64,000 nucleotides of DNA from assembly GCA_040767925.1 (NCBI GenBank), contig JAXGNN010000001.1:1411679-1475678 (forward strand), given 5' to 3'. The position numbers were made by a program, and so were the translations under genes. Below, piece after piece: positions 58,242-64,000 of the stretch (position 1 is its first letter; every line of letters begins with the position of its first letter). The notes beneath the pieces were generated by a model. That model saw only the letters and a list, made by a program, of their open reading frames with translations, made no database searches and was not told the origin of the DNA. Origin of the DNA: Christensenellales bacterium. GTDB lineage: Bacteria > Bacillota > Clostridia > Christensenellales > CAG-138.

Positions 58242-59265
58242 AGGGCGCTCTTTTTGGAACGAACCCTTCGATGAACGTTTCGCCGCGCGCGAGGGGGAGG
58301 AATACGTCCCGCGTCCACCCGTCGAGCGCGTCGGGGAACCAGTCCCATTCCTTCGCGGCGGGGTAGCGCTGCGATAGGAAAAGCATGATGACGAGGGCGC
58401 AGTAAGGCTCCGCGAGCCGAAGCAGCGCCCTTTTGCCATACCCGTCCTCCCAGCCCGCGCATAGGCCGTCCCGCACGCGTCCCCGCGTGAAGTTCGTGAG
58501 CAGGGAGGCGAGGTCGAGGTACGGGCTCGCAATCCCCGCGAGCGAGAAGTCGATGAGCGTCGCCGCATCCCCGTCCCAGACGAGGTTGCCGGCGGAGATG
58601 TCCGCGTGGCAGAGGGAAAGGCCCGTTTCAGCCTCCGCCCCGCGCATCAGCGGCCCCATGCGCCCAAGTGCGGCGCGCATGACGATAAGCTGCTCCCGAT
58701 TGACCACCTCCGCGTCATGCGCCGCGCGGAGCCTCTCATCGACGATGGGAAGCACCCCTTTCCCGTAACGCGGGCGGAAACGGGCGAAGTTTTGCGTTGT
58801 TCCGCGCGCCAGCGCGTTGAGCCTGCCCGCTGCGAAGCCCGCGGCATAGGCGGCGCTTTCCGGCAGGTCCGCGTCGCCCCAGAGCGCGTCGTAGCTGTCC
58901 CCCGCGGCCCATTCGAGCAGCGTCGCGGGGGTCCCGTCGTCGAGGCGCTGCACGGCATCGCCGTCGAGCCCCGGGACGGGCGTTTGCGCGCGAAGGCCGC
59001 CTTCTTTGAGGAAGCGGAGCAGATCCATCTCGGCTTTGCGCTGCCGGAGGGAATCCGCATCGCACAGCGGCAGCGGCTCGAAGCCGGGCGCAGGCGCGTG
59101 GATGCGAAGGACGTACCGTTTCCCATCCGCGCGCACGTCGTAGACGGCGTTTTCGTTGTGGCGGATAAGCGAAAAATCCGCGCCCGAAAGCGCGAAGCGC
59201 GCGAGCGCGGATTGTCCCCTCAAAACAGCCTCCGGCGCGGGTGCGCCCTGTCCCGGCACGGTCAC
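58216..59265 (-). CDS. APH-family phosphotransferase (homoserine kinase type II-like)
   Basis: ENAVY, LRIH, HADISAGN, IDFS. Confidence 0.8.
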   Translation of the reverse strand: MTVPGQGAPAPEAVLRGQSALARFALSGADFSLIRHNENAVYDVRADGKRYVLRIHAPAPGFEPLPLCDADSLRQRKAEMDLLRFLKEGGLRAQTPVPGLDGDAVQRLDDGTPATLLEWAAGDSYDALWGDADLPESAAYAAGFAAGRLNALARGTTQNFARFRPRYGKGVLPIVDERLRAAHDAEVVNREQLIVMRAALGRMGPLMRGAEAETGLSLCHADISAGNLVWDGDAATLIDFSLAGIASPYLDLASLLTNFTRGRVRDGLCAGWEDGYGKRALLRLAEPYCALVIMLFLSQRYPAAKEWDWFPDALDGWTRDVFLPLARGETFIEGFVPKRAPFTPALKIP

Positions 59266-61139
59266 AGCCCCTCGCCGCCGATGACGAAGCGGTCCTTGCC
59301 CGCGCTCTTGGCGCGGTACAGCGCGTGGTCGGCCTCGGCGTAGATCTGCTCGAAACCGCGCCCGTCCCCGCGATAGATCGCGACGCCCACGCTCGCCGAA
59401 ACCGGCGCGGAGGCGTCCCCAGCCCCGCAGGGGAAGCGCAGCGCGTCGACGAGCTCGCGCGCCTTTTTATCCACAAAGCCCATATCGGGCACGTTCTTCA
59501 CCAGCACCATGAATTCGTCCCCGCCCACGCGGCCCACGATGTCGCTCGCGCGGAACGCGCCGCGGATGGCGGAGGCGATCCCCCGGATGGCGGCGTCGCC
59601 CATCTGGTGGCCGAGCGTGTCGTTGACCTGCTTAAAGTCGTCGATGTCGATCATGAACAGAGCGTGCGTGTCGGCCGCGCCCTCGCCTCTCAGATAGCGC
59701 TTGATGTGGCTGAAGGTCGCGGCGTGGTTGAGGAGCCCCGTCATCGAATCGCTCTCCGCCCGGATGGAGAGTTCGTCGAGCCTGCGCTTGTCGGCGTATT
59801 CCGCGGTGACGTCCTCCCCCATGCCGATGGCGAGATAGGGCGCGCCCTTCTCGTCGAACAGGTTCGTGTAGCGGATGTGCTCGTAGCGCCACGTTTCGCG
59901 GCCGGCGTCGCTTAAAAGGATCACGCCCTCCGTCGTCGGATCGCCCGCGGCGAGCCGAGCGTGCAGCGCGCGCAGTTCCTCCGCGCTGTCCGGATGCACA
60001 TAGCCCGAGGAGATGAGCGACTCCGGCACATCCTCGAGGATTTCCGCGTCCGCGCCGAGCAATTTCATCGAGCGCGCGTCCAGCGTGATGCGGCGGCGCG
60101 CGATGTCATAATCCCAGATGGCGACGGTCGTGTTCTCGATGGCCATGCGGTAGCGCGCGTCGCTCTCGGTTAAAAGCGCCTGGTCGTGCAGCATGCGCAG
60201 CGTGCCCTGCCGGGACACCCACGCGAAGAGCAGCACGAACGCCGCCGAGATGATCATGATCGACGTGATGATGAGATAGCCCGAGCGCACGGTCTGCGTG
60301 ACCTCCGCGCTGATGCTTGCCGCGGGCACGGCGGAAGAGACCATCCAGCCGTTCAGGCCGAGCGGGGCGTAGGCGACGTAGGTTTCGCCGTCCTCCGCCG
60401 CCGTGTAGCGCGCGACGCCCGGGCGGCCGCTTCTAAAGTCTTCCCGCACGGCCTCAAGCGCGCCCCCGTCCATGGCGCCCTCGAACGCGCTGAACAGGTT
60501 TTCTAAGGGAGCGGAGCCGCTGCCGTAGCCCGCGAGGATGCGCGTGCCGTCCGCTTCGCAGAGGATCGTGTAGCTGTGCCCGCCGCCCGCGCCCGCGCGC
60601 AGAAGGTCCGCGAGCGCCTCCTCGTTGCAGGCGGCGAAAAGCACGTAGGCGACCTCTCCGTCCCGCATGACCGGCACGGAGATGATGAAGCGGCGCGCGC
60701 CGTCTATGCGGCTCACGACGGATTCGACCCCGCGGCTTCCCCGGAGCGCGGTTTGGAAATACCGCCTGTCGGAAACATCGATGGCTTCTCCGTCGTCCGC
60801 GACGGCGCCGCCGTCGGGATAGGCGAGGTAGAGGCGCATATAATCCGTCTGCTCCGCGAGCGGGCGCAGCGCCGCAAGCAGGGCTTCCGCCTCGTCGCCG
60901 TCCTTTCCCGACAGGCCCGCGGCGACGGTTTCGAGCGAAAGGTACTGCCACTCGAGCGCGGCGAGGAAAATTTCCCGCTCCTTCCCGACGCTCTCGACGA
61001 GCGCGTTGTACGCCTTTGTGCGGATGCGCGTGACCGACGCGTGCTGGTAGAGGAACATGGAGAACAGCGTCGCCGCCACGAGCAGCACGATCATGGCGGT
61101 GAGCACGAGATTGTCGCGCCTGTTCTGCGGCAGCGCCAT
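59262..61139 (-). CDS. Membrane diguanylate cyclase (TM-Cache-like sensor-TM-PAS-GGDEF)
   Basis: DSMTGLLN, DIDDFKQVNDTLGH.MGD, RASD I-site, GRVGGDEF; start reset to MALPQ after GGAAGGGGG. Confidence 0.92.
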   Translation of the reverse strand: MALPQNRRDNLVLTAMIVLLVAATLFSMFLYQHASVTRIRTKAYNALVESVGKEREIFLAALEWQYLSLETVAAGLSGKDGDEAEALLAALRPLAEQTDYMRLYLAYPDGGAVADDGEAIDVSDRRYFQTALRGSRGVESVVSRIDGARRFIISVPVMRDGEVAYVLFAACNEEALADLLRAGAGGGHSYTILCEADGTRILAGYGSGSAPLENLFSAFEGAMDGGALEAVREDFRSGRPGVARYTAAEDGETYVAYAPLGLNGWMVSSAVPAASISAEVTQTVRSGYLIITSIMIISAAFVLLFAWVSRQGTLRMLHDQALLTESDARYRMAIENTTVAIWDYDIARRRITLDARSMKLLGADAEILEDVPESLISSGYVHPDSAEELRALHARLAAGDPTTEGVILLSDAGRETWRYEHIRYTNLFDEKGAPYLAIGMGEDVTAEYADKRRLDELSIRAESDSMTGLLNHAATFSHIKRYLRGEGAADTHALFMIDIDDFKQVNDTLGHQMGDAAIRGIASAIRGAFRASDIVGRVGGDEFMVLVKNVPDMGFVDKKARELVDALRFPCGAGDASAPVSASVGVAIYRGDGRGFEQIYAEADHALYRAKSAGKDRFVIGGEGL

Positions 61140-61247
61140 AAGCGCCGTTCCCCCTTCCCTGGCGCCGCTATGCGGCGCTTTTGCATTTATTACGGTCATT
61201 ATATTGCAATCCGGTTGCGAAATACAACAGATTACAATGTAACCTGG

Positions 61248-61838
61248 CTACTTTTCCTGCTTTTTCGGCCCAAAAAACTCTTTTTTGAACAATTTTGACA
61301 CCGGTTTATAAATAAGATACGTCACAACGGAGTTGATGCCCGCCTTCGCGGCGTTGAAGGCGACGAAGCTCCAGATGATGCCCCAGATCATCTCCTGCGC
61401 CTGCCGGTAGCCGATCGCGTCGCTCATTAAAAAAAGCGGCGAGAGGAAATAGTTGAGCGGCACCATGATGAGGATCATCGCGGCGGAGCCGAAGATCAGC
61501 CCCTCGATGGCTCCCTTGAGGTCATGCCTCCTGCGGTAGAGGATGCCCGCCACGGCGGCGTACGCGCCCGTGGCGAAAAAGTGCATCATGCCGCCGATCC
61601 AGCCCGACCCGGCGGAGACCGTCACCGCCTGCAGGAAGCTCACGATCGCCGTGAGCGCGAGCCCCGCGAGCGGGCCGTAGAGGAACGTGCCGATCAAAAT
61701 GGGCACGTCCGCCATGTCGTACTCGAGGTACGGCAGTATCAGCGGGAAACGCACGACGTACATCAGCGCGAGCGACATGGCGCACAGCAGCGCCATCTTG
61801 ACGAGCTTTTCAACCTTTGGATTTCTCATTCCGTTCAC
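61248..61838 (-). CDS. ribU: ECF transporter S component, riboflavin (RibU-like)
   Basis: FP...YLEYD.ADVP..IG...YGP, FN..K; preceded by an FMN riboswitch. Confidence 0.85.
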   Translation of the reverse strand: MNGMRNPKVEKLVKMALLCAMSLALMYVVRFPLILPYLEYDMADVPILIGTFLYGPLAGLALTAIVSFLQAVTVSAGSGWIGGMMHFFATGAYAAVAGILYRRRHDLKGAIEGLIFGSAAMILIMVPLNYFLSPLFLMSDAIGYRQAQEMIWGIIWSFVAFNAAKAGINSVVTYLIYKPVSKLFKKEFFGPKKQEK

Positions 61839-61844
61839 CCCACA

Positions 61845-61876
61845 TAAAAAAATACCCCCGCCTCAAAGCGGGGGGA
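61845..61876 (-). terminator. Riboswitch-controlled terminator
   Basis: Minus strand CCCCCGC-TTTGAG-GCGGGGG-TATTTTTTT between aptamer and start codon. Confidence 0.75.
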
Positions 61877-61893
61877 CGCAGCAAAAAGCCCTG

Positions 61894-62024
61894 CCTCTCT
61901 CATCCGGACTGTACCGTCGGCCCCGGGATCTCACCGGCTCGGCCGGCGCGAAAGCGCCGGTTCGCGGGCTCGTCGGCTCTCGCCGCATCACCGCCGGTGT
62001 GGAATCGCACCACCCCCCGAAGCG
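61894..62024 (-). ncRNA. FMN riboswitch (RFN element)
   Basis: CTTCGGGG..GGTG..ATTCC..ACCGGCGGT...AGCCCGCGA...CCGGTGAGAT.CCGG.GCCGACGGTA.AGTCCGGATG.GAGA. Confidence 0.95.
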
Positions 62025-62067
62025 ATATTATTATATGTCGAGCGCGCGGGATATGCAAGCCCCGCCT

Positions 62068-62883
62068 TTACGCGCCGTAGGAAAAGGGCTCCGTGCAGGC
62101 GAAGCGATAGGTTCCCTCCTGCAGCGCGTCGTACGCGCGCGCGAAATCCTCGAGGATGCGCGCGAGGATGTCCTCCACGCTCTCGCGGCAGGGCCCCGCG
62201 GGCGAGAGCCATTCCTCCCGCCTGTCGTTCATGACGCGCGCGTCGGCCTTGGGCCTGAAATGCGCGAGGGCGGCCTCCGGCTTTCCGGCGAGCTTTCCGA
62301 TGCGCGCCGCAAACTTCACCGTGCCGGGCTTCGCGCGGGAAAAAACCTTCGTCAGATAGGCCATAGTGTCGAGGCAGCGCCGCACGTAGGAAAGGCGCAG
62401 CGCGCCGCCCAGACGCCTGCTCCAGAAATCGCGCGCGGCAAGGGCGAGCGCGCGGTCGCGCCGGAACGCCGCGTCGTAATTGAATTGCCAGATGGGCGCG
62501 CCGAACTCGCGCTCGTACACGCACGCGTCGATGGCGCTTTCAAAGAACGCGTGGACGTAGGGCGAGGGGTTTTTTCTGCAATGGTCGCCCACGTAGGGGT
62601 GGATGTTCCGATCGCCGAAATAATGCAGCAGCACGCCCAGCGCGTAGCCCCGGTAAAGCTCGCTCTCGTTTGCGATGTCCTCCATGAGGTCGGAAAACAG
62701 CGCCGCGGGGCTGCCGTCGTGTATGGCGCAGGCGAACACATAGCTCTTGCGCGTGCCGCCGAAAAAGAAGAGGTCCGGCCCCTGCGAGCCGAACAGAAGC
62801 CCCCGCGCGAAATCGCGCGGAAAACCCGGGCGCGCCTTTAAGAAGCGCAGCGCCGTGATGTAATGCGTGATGACGTCCGCCAT
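62068..62883 (-). CDS. Zinc-dependent phospholipase C-like family protein
   Basis: TH, GSQGPDLFF, HYFGD..IHPYV, H..FE..ID. Confidence 0.75.
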   Translation of the reverse strand: MADVITHYITALRFLKARPGFPRDFARGLLFGSQGPDLFFFGGTRKSYVFACAIHDGSPAALFSDLMEDIANESELYRGYALGVLLHYFGDRNIHPYVGDHCRKNPSPYVHAFFESAIDACVYEREFGAPIWQFNYDAAFRRDRALALAARDFWSRRLGGALRLSYVRRCLDTMAYLTKVFSRAKPGTVKFAARIGKLAGKPEAALAHFRPKADARVMNDRREEWLSPAGPCRESVEDILARILEDFARAYDALQEGTYRFACTEPFSYGA

Positions 62884-62916
62884 GCTATTAGATTGACGCC
62901 TGCGGGCGCAAATATG

Positions 62917-63750
62917 CTAGCGAAGCGCCCGGAGCTTTTCGTCTAATTTCGCGATATACTTCGGGTTCGTGCCGCAGCAGCCGCCCACGTAGGTCGCGCC
63001 CGCCTCCGCGGCGGCGAGAACGTCCGCGGCGAAGGTCTCCGCGTCGAACTCCGCGTTCCCCTCCTCCGAGGGCAGGCCCGCGTTGGGCTTGAAGATGAGC
63101 GGCAGGTCCGTGCATTCGGCGAAGCGGCGGATGACGGGCAGCGCCGCGTCCGGCCCGAGGGAGCAGTTGAGCCCCACGGCGAACGCGCCCCCGGCCTTGA
63201 GCCGTTCGGAGATCTTTTCGACGGAATTGCCCATCATGGTTTTGCCGAACTTCGTAAAGCTCATCGAGCAGAAGACGGGCAGGTCGTACCGCCGCGCCTG
63301 TGCGAGCGCGAGGGAGATCATCTCGAGGTCCATGAAGGTCTCGAGGAAAACGCAGTCGGGTTTTTCTTGCATGCCCGCCTCGATCTGCTCGGCGAACAGC
63401 GCCGAGGCTTCCTCGCGCGACACTTCGCCAAAAGGCTGAAGCAGCGCCGTGAGCGGCCCCACGTCGAGCGCAACCTTGACGTCCTTCCCCGAGGCGGCCT
63501 CTTTGGCGAGGCGTACGCCCGCGGATACGACCTCCTTGGCGGCGTAGCCCGAGGATTTTACGGCCATCTCGTTGGCGCAGAAGGTGTTGGACTGGATAAT
63601 CCGCGCGCCCGCCGCGACGTATTCCTCGTGCAGCTCCCTAACGATTTCCGGCTTCTCGAGGTTGTAGAGCCACACGGGCCTCGAATCGCCCGCCTTCTCC
63701 CACAGGCCCGTTCCCATAGCGCCGTCCAGGAGCACGATTTCCCGCGCCAT
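62917..63750 (-). CDS. Stand-alone homocysteine S-methyltransferase family protein
   Basis: LLDGAMGT, NTF, ETF, GLNC, KPNAG, GGCCGT. Confidence 0.9.
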   Translation of the reverse strand: MAREIVLLDGAMGTGLWEKAGDSRPVWLYNLEKPEIVRELHEEYVAAGARIIQSNTFCANEMAVKSSGYAAKEVVSAGVRLAKEAASGKDVKVALDVGPLTALLQPFGEVSREEASALFAEQIEAGMQEKPDCVFLETFMDLEMISLALAQARRYDLPVFCSMSFTKFGKTMMGNSVEKISERLKAGGAFAVGLNCSLGPDAALPVIRRFAECTDLPLIFKPNAGLPSEEGNAEFDAETFAADVLAAAEAGATYVGGCCGTNPKYIAKLDEKLRALR

Positions 63751-63909
63751 ACGTCCACCTCCCTGTTGAAATTACGTTCATTATAATATCGGCCCGCCGC
63801 CTTGGCAAGCGCGGCCATAAAGCGGAATTCCCGGCGAAAGCCGTGCCGAATCTCCTCGATTTGGTGTATAATAGTCTATGTAAAACAACGAGGAATTTGG
63901 AGAAGTAAA

Positions 63910-64000
63910 ATGAGCGAAAACTGCAGCCACGATTGTTCCTCCTGCACGCTGAACTGCCCCTCGCGGGAGAAGACGGACTTTCTCGAGAAACCGCACCGGA
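63910..64000 (+). CDS. Mrp/NBP35 (ApbC) Fe-S carrier ATPase, 5' end (partial)
   Basis: GGAG RBS then MSENCSHDCSSCTLNCPSREKTDFLEKPH, a Cys-rich N-terminus typical of clostridial Mrp/NBP35; runs off the window before the P-loop. Confidence 0.65.
   Translation, partial: MSENCSHDCSSCTLNCPSREKTDFLEKPHR

Noticed and set aside
59467..59475. Perfect DnaA box TTATCCACA
   Set aside because: Single copy inside the cyclase CDS with no cluster or AT-rich unwinding region; oriC is probably upstream of dnaN, outside the window

Overview
High-GC genome segment of a Clostridia-like Firmicute (inferred from gene content), adjacent to the replication origin. It starts at the 3' end of dnaN, which faces an oppositely oriented recF-gyrB-gyrA block. 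Housekeeping genes follow (cca, mnmE, cysS, murG, tatD, metG, rsmI, tRNA-Arg(ACG), punA, FMN riboswitch-ribU). Accessory modules are yqeC-yqeB with a ModE-like regulator, a peptide ABC transporter/D-aminoacylase catabolic cluster, PadR-FtsW/RodA, and a cell-surface locus. Two things stand out. (1) A four-helix-bundle (23S-IVP/Avd-like) gene sits between gyrB and gyrA, enclosed by mutually inverted (CAATTGA)n heptamer arrays. The same arrays, often with GTAG-type REP hairpins, recur at four other sites, two of which form a gene-less mirror-symmetric copy at 10.5 kb. (2) A candidate c-di-GMP-controlled adhesion/release module: tandem c-di-GMP-I riboswitches on a secreted transglutaminase-like Cys protease, divergent from three xPxTG-anchored surface proteins, with a diguanylate cyclase nearby and an unusual secreted SH3-class B sortase fusion at 10.7 kb. 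All calls come from reading the sequence and recalled motifs; no database searches were run.
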